DNA from: Octopus sinensis
Lineage: Eukaryota
DNA length: 64,000 bases
Reading direction: 5' to 3'
Assembly (NCBI RefSeq): GCF_006345805.1
Contig: NC_042999.1
Span: 155,620,001 to 155,684,000 of the forward strand
Shown here: positions 25,618 through 37,576 of the stretch, piece by piece
How positions within the stretch are numbered: the stretch's first letter is position 1
Layout of the letters: each line of letters starts with the position of its first letter
Notes under the pieces: generated by a model
Databases searched by the model: none
The model's input: only the letters and a program-made list of their open reading frames with translations
What the model was told of the DNA's origin: nothing
Position numbers and translations under genes: made by a program

Positions 25618-26318
25618 TTATTATCAGTCCAAATATGCTTGATATATGTTCAAACTTGAGAATCAGCTACTCACTGCGTTTTGTCACAGAGAGAGAATAT
25701 ATCTCACTTGTTGACTAATGGTTTGTATACACCTAGATCAGCTCACAGTGCCATCTGCCTACACTGTGAGATGTTAACATTTCGGAGTAGTTGTCTCCTC
25801 ATCGGTCACAGATACTAAGCAGATGATCTAGGTGTATACACGCCATTTGTCAACAAGTGAGATATACTCTTTGTCACAAAACATTGTGAGTAGCTTGTTC
25901 CCCAGTTCGAACGGGCATCAAACGTACTCGGACTGATAATAAAATTGCAATTTCCCTTATCACTGCTTAGCGCTCCCCCTCTATTATTTACTTACGGTGA
26001 GCTGCCCTATAGCGCTGCCAGTCAGCATACAGTGACTGGAAAAGCATAAGAGAAGTAATCTCTTAATTCAGCTCGTAGTGCTTAGTGTCTGTGGCTGATG
26101 AGGAGATAACTACTCTGAAATGTTAACATCTCACAGTGTAGGTAGATGGCGCTGTGAATTGATCTAGGTGTATACACACCATTTGTCAACAAGCGAGGTA
26201 TATTCTCTGTGGCAAAATGCAGTGAGTACCTTGTTCCCCAGTTTGAATGTGTATCAAGCATATTCAAACTGATAATAACATTGCAATTTCCCTTATCACT
26301 GCTTAGTGCTCCCCCTCT
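25618..26318. mobile_element. Foldback or long-TIR element with an internal extra arm
   Basis: ~200-bp inverted arms at 25618-25821 and 26080-26278, plus a third partial arm at 25825-25942. Confidence 0.7.
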
Positions 26319-29194
26319 GAAACAATTTGGTTGGGGAGCAAACTCGTTAACCACGCACCCATGCATGTGTGTCCCATCACATGATCGTTACTGCCACACA
26401 ATTGATGAGGTTCATTTCCAGTCTTCTGTTGAAAAACATTTGGCTTTGAGGAAACATAAGATTACTTGGAAACGGGTGAGGGCTGGTGACAGGAAGGGTA
26501 TCCCACCATAGAAAATCTGCTTCAACAAATTCCTTCTGACCCATGCAAGCATGGAAATGTGGTCATTAAACATCATCATCATCATCGTATAACCTCTGTT
26601 TTTTATGGTGGTGTGGTTTTGATGGTTTGACAGGAGCTGGCAAGACAGAGAGCAGCGCCAGTTGTCTGTTCTGGCATGATGTCTATAGCTGGATGCCCTT
26701 CCTAACACAAACCCCTTTACAGAGTGTACCGGGTGCTTTATATGTGGCATGCTTTTTACGATGAATAGTAGTGATGATAATTTTATTTGATAATAGGAAA
26801 TACCAATAAAACACTATGTATCATCATCATCATCATCCGTTGTCTGTGCTGGCATGGGTTGGACGGTTTAGCCAGAGCTGGCAAGCTGGAAGGCTGCACC
26901 AGACTCTTGTTTTAGCATGGCTTCTATGGCTAGATGTGCTTCCTAACACCAACCACTCAGCAGATTTTAATGGGTGCTTTTACGTGCCATTTGCATGACA
27001 TCAGTATCTATGACAACTGCGATTTTGCTCAGCTTGATGGGTCTTCTTCTCAAGCACAACATGATGCCAAAGCCAAATGCCAAATGTATCTTTGTTTCGA
27101 TTCTACAAATATAAACTGAATCTGTTAAATTGCAGGGGCTTTTAGATGAGATGTATGTCTGAAGAGTGCTGTTTGGGTTGTGTGGATGGTTAGGCAAATT
27201 AAAGAGCTGGGATTTAATAAATATCTAGTTTGTTTAATTGTAAGTAGTCCATTGCACAACATAAAAACATAACTTGATTTTTTTTTTATTTTTTATTTTT
27301 CAGATGTTGATTTAGCAGAGCAGTTTGCTAGGTTAACCTGTCACCTTCTTATATATACTATCCAATGTATGTATAAAGGGAGTTACCTTTATTCCAAGCA
27401 ATTCATGACTACAAAAAAAAAAATCACTATCCATGGTACAAACATTATTATTATTATTTTCTGATTGATTTGCATTTTTATTTTCCGACCGGGTCTCAAC
27501 CAGAGACATCAGGCACATGTACATTAGATGGAAATAAACGTCCTGAGAAGGTGGGTGGCTAATGTCAGCACAATTTTTTGATCCTCGTAGATTGTTGAAT
27601 TCCTTGGAATCTGGTCAAAAAACTTTGTCAGTACCTTTTTAGATCATTTCCAAGGCACCTACAACAAAAGGGACAGTTTTGGTTTTTAATCACCACATCT
27701 TAAATATCTCAATCTCGTGCAAGTATTGACCAACTTTGATAATGCCTGGTTTTATATTCTGTAGGGACAAGGACTGAGCAACTGGCAACAATGTGGTCAA
27801 TGCTCTCAGGTTTGTCAGTGCAGAATCTACACTTTGTGTCTACCCCATTATGAGTGACATTAGCTTAACAGTTCCGAGTAAGGAGACTGGTCTTGTGCCA
27901 CTTGGATAAGTCCTATCTATTTCGGCTTTCAAACCAGTGCTCTGCAGCCGCTGATGGAGATGCCAAACAGGAAAGCTTGTAGGAAATGGTGAGATTGTGG
28001 CAAGACAAACCATTCTATGAGCAATACCCCAAATGAGTTGGTGAATGATGAGTTCCCGGGCTCATTTAGGGTATCGCTCATGTAATGGTTTTTTCTTGCT
28101 GCAGTCTGTCTTTTGTCTTACTTTTTTTGTTGTCTTAGTGGGTGGTGTTTTCCTTCTCATCATCATCATCATCATCAAGGAAGTTACACTCTTGTCTGTA
28201 TTTATATGCTTCCTTGGACATCTGATTTTGGGTGGTGCATCCTGTTTAGTACCAGTAGCTTCCTGGTCTTTCTGTCCATATTCTGGGTTTCATTCAGATT
28301 CCAATTGATGACATTAAGGCTATACTGGACAACTGCTACTGCCAGGAAGTTTATTGCTGCAATTCTATTCTTGGGATTCAACTGAGTATTCAGGACCATT
28401 CTGACACGTCTATAATATTCTTTCCTGATCTCTTGCATCGACCTTGCTGAATCCCTTTCCTTTCATTTACCCCCAAGGTACTTATAGAAGAAACCTCCTT
28501 GATCCAGATCCTTGGGAGATGTAACATTATGAAGTTAGGTGACAGTATTAGCTGTCAGGTTACTGCATTTGAATGTAACTTTTGTACATTTGTCAAGGCC
28601 AAGTTTCATATTGATGTCATTAATGAATTTTTTCAGTTAACAGTAGCCCTTTCAGCATCTTGTCAATTCTTGTAGAGAATTTCAGATCATTCGTGTTATA
28701 GTAAGTGTAAGATGATCTTATCGAACATTTCGTACCTGTTAATTGTTCCATTCATTTTGTGGGACAAGGCAATGAAGACAAGAGAGTGGATATTCCACAA
28801 TCTATTTTGATTTTCTCCGACCCATGCAAGCTTTTCTTATGGGTCAGGAACAATTTTGTGTGGCACAGTTCCTTACTGTGTTGTAGAAAACCTTTTATGA
28901 AAAGAGAGATCTCGTATTTATTTAGTGCCTTTAAGATCCAGCTATGTGGGACACTGTTAAATGCCCATTTTTTTGATGAGCAATTCTTGAGTATCATACG
29001 GTTTATTAATAGCTGATCTTTGCTGCCATATGAGTTCCTTTTGCACCCCTTTTTGTTCAAGGGAAAGGATGTTGTTTTGGTCGAGAAATTGGTACATCCT
29101 TTCAGTGAGGATGATGTAAGTATTTTGCACATAGTTGTCAAACAAGTGATTGGCCTGTACTTTTTTTGGGTTTTCTTTGTCGCTTGTTTTAGGG

Positions 29195-30792
29195 CAGTGG
29201 TTCCCAACCTTTTTGTGATCATGTACCACTTGGAGGTTTTGTACAGCCGCCGTGTACCACCTGGTTCCAGAAAAACTCAATTCGATCAGATATCAATTTA
29301 ATCGTAAGTAGAAAACACAAATGAACTAACAACAAAGAACACAACTTAATTTAATGTGAGGGCTGAATCTGTTTCTTCTCCACCAGCTGGTCGACGTGGG
29401 GCATAACCTTGCTCACAGCGCATCGGAAATCTTGGCTGGGCCCAGCAAGATGCTTCTGGCTCTTCAATTTGGTGAGCAGTAAGGCTGAAAACCCCTGCTC
29501 ACACTCCCATGTAGAGGAGAAAATCAGTAGCTGGGGGCTAGCGTCAAGTATGAGAAGGCCATGCTGAGCCAGAGGTTTATAGGAGAGCATTCTTTGTGTT
29601 TTGTCTTTGCTGTCTTGTCAGTCTGGATATCTATGAATTGTTGTTCCCCAGTCCTGACAGGCAACTCGGCTGGTTCAATGGAGAATGGATTGGCAATGGA
29701 GGCACAACGTGTCATATCCGGGAAGTAATGCATCAACTCGGTCTTGAGCAGTGAGAGGTGATGGATAATTTTTTGGGCAAATTCATCATTAGGTTCACTG
29801 TCAAGTGTAGTCAGGAGTTTGAACATTCCGTAGCGTTTGCTCTCCACATTCTTCAGCCACAGATCCAACTTCCGGACAAGCGCTCCCAGCTTTGAGATCA
29901 ACTCTGTGTCAGTGCAGTTGGGCCCTTGAAATGACAGTTTTAAGTGTGTGAGGGCTCCAAAAATGTCCGACAGGTAGGCCAGCCTTGAGATAAACTCCTT
30001 GTCCTTCAGATCTTTTTGAAAATTGTGTTCCTTCTATGTGAAGAAGACAAGAAGTTTATCCCTCAGTTCAAAGAAATGCCTCGTCATATTACCCCCAGGA
30101 CAGCCAGTGAACCTCTGTGGTAGAGGAGACAGACGTGATCAGAGCCAAAATCTTAGCAGAGCAGCTTGAACAGCTGAATATTCAGAGCCGATGTTTGGAT
30201 GAAATATACAATTCTTATAAATCGATTCAAGCATGGATAAAAGCTTTGGTGGGAGCACCTGAGCACAAAGGCGAATCTGTGTATGAAACAATGGACAGCA
30301 GTGGCGTTTGATGACACAGCTTTCACATTGGCTTGAAAACTTGACTTTGAGGCTCTCACTCCCTCTATCACTTGGTCGGCAATGTTGACTGACATCTCAT
30401 CGATATGGTGCTGGACAGTGTTGTTAGAGACAGAAACACTCTCCAACTTTGCCGCCACTTCCTCTCCTGACCAAGATCTTTGCTGCTGGCATGACGAGAG
30501 ACTCTGCAATGGTATGCATCTTCATGTTTTTGGCCACCAGGAGAGCAACTTCATAGGATGCTTTCACAATACCTGCCCTCTTCTATTAGATCTGGCCACT
30601 GATCACTGTACACGGAGCGAATAAAAGGTAACCAATGGTATGTCTGTAATCGAAAAGTACTGATTACTGGTTGGTTGATTTGGATAGTATTCATCAAATT
30701 GGAAACGGTACAAACTAAAAATTTCATATTACCCTGAAAGTGCTCATGTACCACCTGGAAAGCCCTTATGTACCGCAGGTTGGGAATCGCTG
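29195..30792 (-). mobile_element. hAT DNA transposon (Buster/Charlie type), internally deleted
   Basis: 16-bp TIRs CAGTGGTTCCCAACCT (29195-29210) and AGGTTGGGAATCGCTG (30777-30792). 8-bp TSD TTTTAGGG/CTTTAGGG with central TA. Transposase remnants SVSNNTVQHHIDEMS, LDLWLKNVE and STWECEQGFSALL...QIQPSH. Confidence 0.9.
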
Positions 30793-31259
30793 CTTTAGGG
30801 GGTAGATATGTTATTCCTAATGTGAACCAGTTTGGAGTCTTTTGAGGGGGTTTCTGATGATATTAGAGAAACCTTCCATTAACTGGCATTGTGATGATAA
30901 GAGATTATTAAGATTGAGATTTTATCACTGTCCAGGAGACTTCCACTTATGAGCTTTAGATAGAGCTTGAGTTCATGCATTTTCATATTATTCAATCCCT
31001 GGAGATCCAATCATTTGATTGTATTTGCTGGCCACCAGGGTGTTTAATGGTGGCCAGCTCTGCAGTTTCCTGGGGCTGATGACAAAGAGCTCTTGAAGCT
31101 TTTACTCCGAACTTTGTGGGGTAAGAATACAAATTGTCCCATGTAACCTCATCATGTCTCGGAGTTGACTTTACGGTGTTGATCATTTTTGCTAGACAAA
31201 AAAAATGTTCACCAGCTGCTTTCATTAACTCCTGTAGGTTCTTGACTTTGGTGTGAGTT

Positions 31260-31536
31260 ACGAAGGACTGGTTCTGGAGTGGTAATTTACGGAGGAAGAT
31301 CTCTCTAAATAATAAACAAGGTTACTCACCAGGAGGCAGTAATGCCAGCATCCTATCCATTAGTTCAAAAGGCTTGGAATCGCCTAACCCATCAGTATAC
31401 AATATCCTGGGCCTAGCTTCCTGATCTCTAAGCCGGAATGATATATAGTCTCACTTTTGCAAGTAACTGATGATTTACTTAGGATGTCTAGCACCCTTGT
31501 TACTGTGTCCTGGTTCAGGGCTACTATTACGTAGGA
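31260..31536 (-). mobile_element. Gypsy-type gag fragment
   Basis: Translates as SYVIVALNQDTVTRVLDIL...DGLGDSKPFELMDRMLALLPPGE*PCLLFREIFLRKLP, resembling the LGDxKPSxLMxxM...LFLxxLP gag motif. Confidence 0.65.
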
Positions 31537-32879
31537 ATGTTTTGTGGGACTGAAGTTAATTTGCCTTCACTATACATTAGCTTGGTTTGGCCAGAATTGT
31601 TGGAACTTAAGCATGATGGCATTTACACTTGTCATGATGTTTTCTATTTCTGGTTCACCAATTTTAACTTTGGGCTACTGTACATAAAAATAACCACAAA
31701 CAAGAATGTAATCCACCATCCAACCAGAAGTCCCTTCTCTGCCAACCAGATTGATAACTAGTTTGCAGTAAAGGTCCTTATCTACAGTTTATCTCTTGGA
31801 GTTCATGGGCAGTGCCCTACACCTGACGCTCAAATGATTCAACCGGCTTGAATGTATTACTTCTTCTTCAAAGCAAAATCAGCTTTGAATTCATGATGAC
31901 CTCAGTTATTTGGTCTGGTGATTCATTTGACCATATTTTAACCAGTATTTCCATGTGGTGTCCAATTCTGCCACTTTTCATTTGATTATATTTCTGGTTT
32001 ACTGTATTTTTCTAGTTTACTGTATTTGATGGCATATAAGACACACATGGTAGAGGTTTAAAAAATGCACTAAAACGTTATATTCCTGAATAATATATAT
32101 CACTGAAATTAAGGTGCATCTAATATACCTGAGGATGTTTTATTCCATCTTGACAGTCAATAATGAAAGTATTTAAAAAACGGAAGTAGTCCATAATGGA
32201 ATTATTTATGTCTTCCATTATATCCTTTCATAATTAAGATTATTGACTGTAAATTGATAGGATACATATTCGGATTACATTCTAGAAAGTTGTTGGTCAC
32301 TGATCTGTTCAAATGACATCACTATGAGTAAAACAAAAAAAACTCCAAAAAACCCAGCAATGCTAATAATAATAACTCTTCTTAATTTGAGTATAAGACG
32401 AGCAATTTTGAGGAAGCAGAACCCGATTGCATTGGTCCCAGTACTCAGCTGGTATTTATTTTATTGACCCCCCCCCCACCATTATAATTATTCTTATACA
32501 AAAAGACCTCATCACTATCAACAAAGCCATTATTGCTTCGTAAGCCTTTGTTGCTATGGTAACAGTTTGGTCCTGGATCAAATATACGTCGTCACAAAAT
32601 GGGGTGCATATTTACTGGGAAATTTGGTAAAGTGTATCCAAAACAGCAGGGATTTCATTATCATCAGAAAGAAGTCCTTTTCTGTAATTTTATTGTTTTT
32701 TTTGTTTTTTCTTAATCTGATGAAGACCTAAAGGCATCCAGCCATAGAAACCATGCCAAAGCTAACAGTAGGAGCTTGGTGCTGTCCCCTGATTTTCCAG
32801 CTCCTGTCAAACCACCCAACCCATCCATGCTGCCGGCATGGAAAACATGTTAAATGATGATGATGATGTAGGATGTCAC

Positions 32880-32951
32880 ATGGATGTAACTCAGTGGTTG
32901 GGTGTTTGCTTTGCATGTAAAAAGCCTTGGGTTCAATCCCTGACATTTGCA
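32880..32951 (+). pseudogene. tRNA-Ala(TGC) pseudogene
   Basis: 72-nt cloverleaf: D stem ACTC/GGGT, anticodon arm TTTGC-TT-TGC-AT-GTAAA, T arm TTGGG-TTCAATC-CCTGA. The acceptor stem is degenerate (A.C mismatch plus several G.T pairs). T4 run about 10 nt downstream. Confidence 0.7.
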
Positions 32952-33668
32952 TACCATCTAATTTTATGTCCACCCCAGGCCAAAATAGAGGTATTAAATT
33001 ATCAGTAAACAAAAATAAACAAATTGTTTATCATTAAACAAAAAAATTGTCATATGAAGAATATATGTAGATTTTATTAAAAGATATCCATTTTTCTGAA
33101 AGTTATGAGGAAGCGAAATCAAAGAGGCCACACTTGTGTAGGAGTGCCTACAAAGTATGTAGAGTTAGTCGGAGGTTTGGCTGTCATTTCTAGCTTGTCG
33201 AGAGACCGCTTCAAAGCCTATTTAATGCGTGGGTTGGAAAACCCTAGAAGGTTAAAAAGCACCCACTACACTCTCAGAGTGGTTGGCATTAAGATGGGTA
33301 TCCAGCTGTAGAAACCTTGCTAACTCAGATTGGAGCCTGGTGCAGCTGTTGGCTCTCCAGACCAGTTAAACCATCCAAACCATGCCAGCATGGAAAACAG
33401 ATGTTAAATGATGATGATGATTTCATTTTGTTCTTTTTTTAAATATTGGAAAGCAGTTTGTCATAATTTGGGGATTTTTGGTCTAAAGGAACCAGATTTA
33501 TAAACATAGGTGCAGGCATGGCTATGTAGTAAGAAGCTTACTTCCCAACCACATGGTTACGGGTTCAGCCCTACTGTGTGGCATCTTGGGCAAGTGTCTA
33601 TACTATAGCCTTGGGCTGCCCAAAGCCTTATGAGAGGATTTGGTAGAAGGGAACTGAAAGAAGCCTGT

Positions 33669-33705
<37 letters not shown>

Positions 33706-35332
33706 TAAAGGTTACAAACCTCATTAAGGGATATTGAAATCCTATGAAAGTACTGGTTAGTGACCTATATAAAGAATGTTGATCATTACAACTAATATTC
33801 AGCTGTAAGTTAACTATATAAACCATGGTTTATATATATTTATTTAAATAAGATAAGAAAATAGACTATTAATAAATTATTTATTAATTAAAAAAATTGA
33901 CATCTCTTACAGCTGTTTCAATTTTAATTAAAAATTACTTGAAAGTTGACTCTTGTCAGAGGTAGTTTAAGATATACAAAATAGGTGTTCAGTTCCTGCA
34001 TGTTGAATATAAGGCTGCAAACCGTTGACGGTTCTGTTTATATGGCTGCAAATCATTAATGGTCCTGTTTATATTCTATATTTTTGGAGACACAAGTACC
34101 ACATTGGTTGTATATTCTATGAGAAAAGAGCTGGCACTCTTTTTGTCTGTTCTTTTGTCATAGAACATACAGTCATATACCTTGATAATTTGCAGATGAA
34201 CGGCTTCTAACTTAGGGGTTGCTGCCAAAATTAAGTCCTGGCATAAGTCATAAAATGGTCACAAACACAAAAATCTTTTTACATTTTAAATATTTATGCA
34301 TTTGTTTTGTAAAATTGTTGGAACAAATATTGTTATATTTGGTGACGGTCATTTTGCTAATAAACACCTGCAATATTTAACTTTCACTTCAGCTTTATTA
34401 TTATTATTATTATCATTTATTGCTTATTTTGTCAAAACTTTTGTTACACATTCTATGAACTCCTCAATGACTATTTGACTTTCTTTGTGTCTCCTCTTCT
34501 CTCTGGTCTTGTCCTGTTTATTCCATCTGGTCTGTACTTCTGTGTGTTCGACATGTGTATGTGTGCATGTGTAGGTTTGTATATTGCAGTTTATGTCTGT
34601 CTTTTTTTCTTCTGTGCCCTATACTGTCTTTAGTTATTTGGTTGTGGGGTGGGTGTTATTATACCCTTCATGTTTTCAAAATCGCTGGCGTGGCCAATGA
34701 CTACCGCCTGATTGGCACTTGTGCTAATGGAACGTTAAAAGCATATCCGAGGGTGATCGTTGCTAGGGCCACGGATTGGCTCCTGTACCGGTGGCACGTA
34801 AAAAGCACCATTCGAGCATGATCGTTGCCAGCGTCGCCTTACTGGCACATACTGATGGCACATGAAAAACATTTGTGTGTGGTCGTTGCCAGACTGGCTC
34901 CCGTGCAGGTAGCACGTAAAAAACACCTTTTGAGTGTGGTTGTTGCCAGAACCACCTGATTGACCCTCATGCCAGTGGCATGTAAAAATACGCACTACAC
35001 TTACAGAGTGGTTGGTGTTAGGAAGGGCATCCAGCTGTAGAATCTTTGCCAGATCAGAATAAGTCTTGGGGTTGATTTTTCTCGACTAAAGGCGGTGCTC
35101 CAACATGGCCACAGTCAAATGACTGAAACAAGTAAAAGAGTATACTTTAAGTTATGGTTTCAGTTCAGGTGTCCCGCTGAATTTTGAAAAGAATGTAAGT
35201 GTACCACAAGAGGGAAAAAGTTGCAGATTCACTGCTTTAAACAATGAGGTTATGTAAGAAAAAAACATCTACAAGCTTTTAAAAATATTTGTGAAGAATT
35301 CAATTGTAAATTGTGTGGCACAAGTCGGTGTG

Positions 35333-35364
<32 letters not shown>

Positions 35365-36589
35365 TGTATATGTGTGTGTGCGCGTGTATAGATGACAGAA
35401 ATAAAATCTTTGTTGTTTATCATGACCTCACCTAATTTATCTTATCTAGAAACTTGTTACGAATTCACTTAACGAGGTGTAGTCATGTACCAGACTGGAG
35501 TATTAAATAACATCCGATGGAGTCAACTTCCCTTGGTTGACAACTGAAAGTAAACAGGAAAATATATTGAGCTTTTGTAGAAGCTGCTGTAGGTACAAGA
35601 GAATGTATCTGTCACAAGTTTGGTGTCTCTAGTCAAATATCTTCAGCATGACTACACTAATTCTACATTCTTAGTGGCACCTGAATGAAACCTAAGCCAT
35701 TTTCTGTAACCAAATTAATGTTTCTCCTCTCTCCTCGTTTGTAGAAATCACTTTTAGTTTATTTGGCTTGCCTGCCTTTGTTACATGAAACTTATATAAG
35801 TTTTATGTTCAACTCTTTTGCTATTATTAACCTGCTTGAAACCACACTCTGTCCTTTGACAGAAACTTCCTGTTGTGATCTAAATTAAAACATCATCATC
35901 ATCATCGTTTAGCATCCGCTTCCCATGCTAGCATGGGTTGGACGGTTCAACTGGGGTCTTGGAAGCCAGAAGGCTGCACCAGGCCCAGTCTGATCTGGCA
36001 AAGTTTCTACGGCTGGATGCCCTTCCTAATGCCAACCACTCCGTGAGTGTAGTGGGTGCTTTTTACGTGCCACCGGCATACCATCAAAATTTCCTGTTAA
36101 TATATTCTAATGATAAATAGATGCACCCTTTTAAAGCCAAGCCAGGCTCACGGGCCCAGTTTCTATGGCGTATGTGTTCCCCAGCTGGACAGGCCGCCAG
36201 TCCATTGCAGCGTTACTCATTTTTGCCAGCTGAGTGGACTGGAGCAACGTGAAATGAAGTATTTTGCTCAAGAACACGTGTCGCCTGGTCCAGGAATCGA
36301 AACCACAATCTTACGATCATGGTGCTGACACCCTAACCACTAAGCCACGCACCTCCACAATATATTCTAAACATTAGCTTAATAAGAATAAATCATAGAT
36401 ATAAGCATGGCTGGGGGATTAAGAACCTTGCTTCCTATTCGGGTGGTCCCACTGTGTGGGACCTTAGGCAAGTGTCTTCTATTACAGCTCTGACAGACCA
36501 ATGCCTTGTAAGTGGATTTAGTAGATGGAAACAAAGAAGCGTGCCTATATGTATGTACCTTTCTCTTGATTGTAAACAAACATCCATCA

Positions 36590-36812
36590 GATGTGTGGCC
36601 AGGGAACCAGTATCACATTGATGATGATGTCATATCTGCTGTTGATGACTTTTATAACCAACAGAATGAAAGCTTCACACGAGATGCAAGCATTGCATTG
36701 CCAATGGAATAAGTGTGTGGACCACAAGGGGGAACTATGTTGAAAAATAAACCTCATTTGGTCACATTCCATGAGAGTATCTTAGCCTATGAACTTTCCA
36801 GCCAACCCTCCT
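36590..36812 (+). mobile_element. Mariner transposase 3' remnant with right end
   Basis: GNQYHIDDDVISAVDDFYNQQNESF...QWNKCVDHKG.YVEK* matches the mariner C-terminus (G.RF..D.EV..AV..WF..Q...W.KCV...GDYVEK). Confidence 0.75.
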
Positions 36813-37343
36813 GTATCAATGTTCATTTATCATAAAAATCAACTTTACATTAATCTGATGGGTTTATCACTGTTCAATGCCTGTTCTCCATGCTGGCATG
36901 GGTTGGACTGTTCGACAAGAGCTGGCAAGCTGCACCAGGCTCCAATTGTCTGATTTAGCATGGTTTCTATGGCTGAATACCTTTCTTAACACCAACCATT
37001 TTATAGTGTACTGGATTCTTGTAATGTAGTAGTGGCACAGGTGCTTTTATGTGACTATCATGGATGCTTCTACATGGCTGCAGAACCTCTGAGCCTGCAA
37101 GATTAGGATCTTTCGGCTGAGAGTGGGATGTAGAGGACATGCTTACTTAGCGTGACATGTCTTCCTGAATCCAGCAAACCATCAGAAGTCACAGTCTATT
37201 GTCATCCCCTCTGTGAAGCCTTTGTCCCATGCCTTACTGGATCTTCCACACGTTGCCTCAAGAGATTAACACCTTGATGCAGCTGTCCTCATTCATATGT
37301 ATCACATGAGCATACACCAACACATTGGACATGTATATGAGTA

Positions 37344-37576
37344 AGGTGACGAGCTGGCAGAAACGTTAGCACGCCGGGCGAAATGCGTTGCCGTATTTCG
37401 TCTGCCAGCACATTCCGAGTTCAAATTCCGCCGAGGTCAACTTTGCCTTTCATCCTTCCGGGGTTGATAAATTAAGTACCAGTTACGCACTGGGGCCGAT
37501 GTAATCGACTTAATCCCTTTGTCTGTCCTTGTTTGTCTCCTCTGTGTTTAGCCCCTTGTGGGTAGTAAAGAAATAA
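37344..37576 (+). mobile_element. SINE family B
   Basis: Full copy. Others at 43500-43722 (-) and 54115-54330 (+), with degraded pieces at 38880-39100 and 50195-50400. Confidence 0.85.

Larger units (their letters stand above)
27445..31950 (-). mobile_element. Decayed R4/Dong-clade non-LTR retrotransposon (RT plus restriction-like endonuclease), interrupted by two insertions
   Basis: Frameshifted motifs: PNWFTLGITYLPPK|TSDKENPK-KYRPITCLTT, QKGCKRNSYGSKDQLLIN, AFNSVPHSWILKAL, EYYRRVRMVLNTQLNPKNRIAAINFLAV, the zinc-knuckle remnant VASCSVLVPTEYKTRH and the C-terminal VPFVVGALEMI. Ends in a (TAA)n tail at ~27445, as Dong elements do. The 5' boundary is uncertain. Confidence 0.82.
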
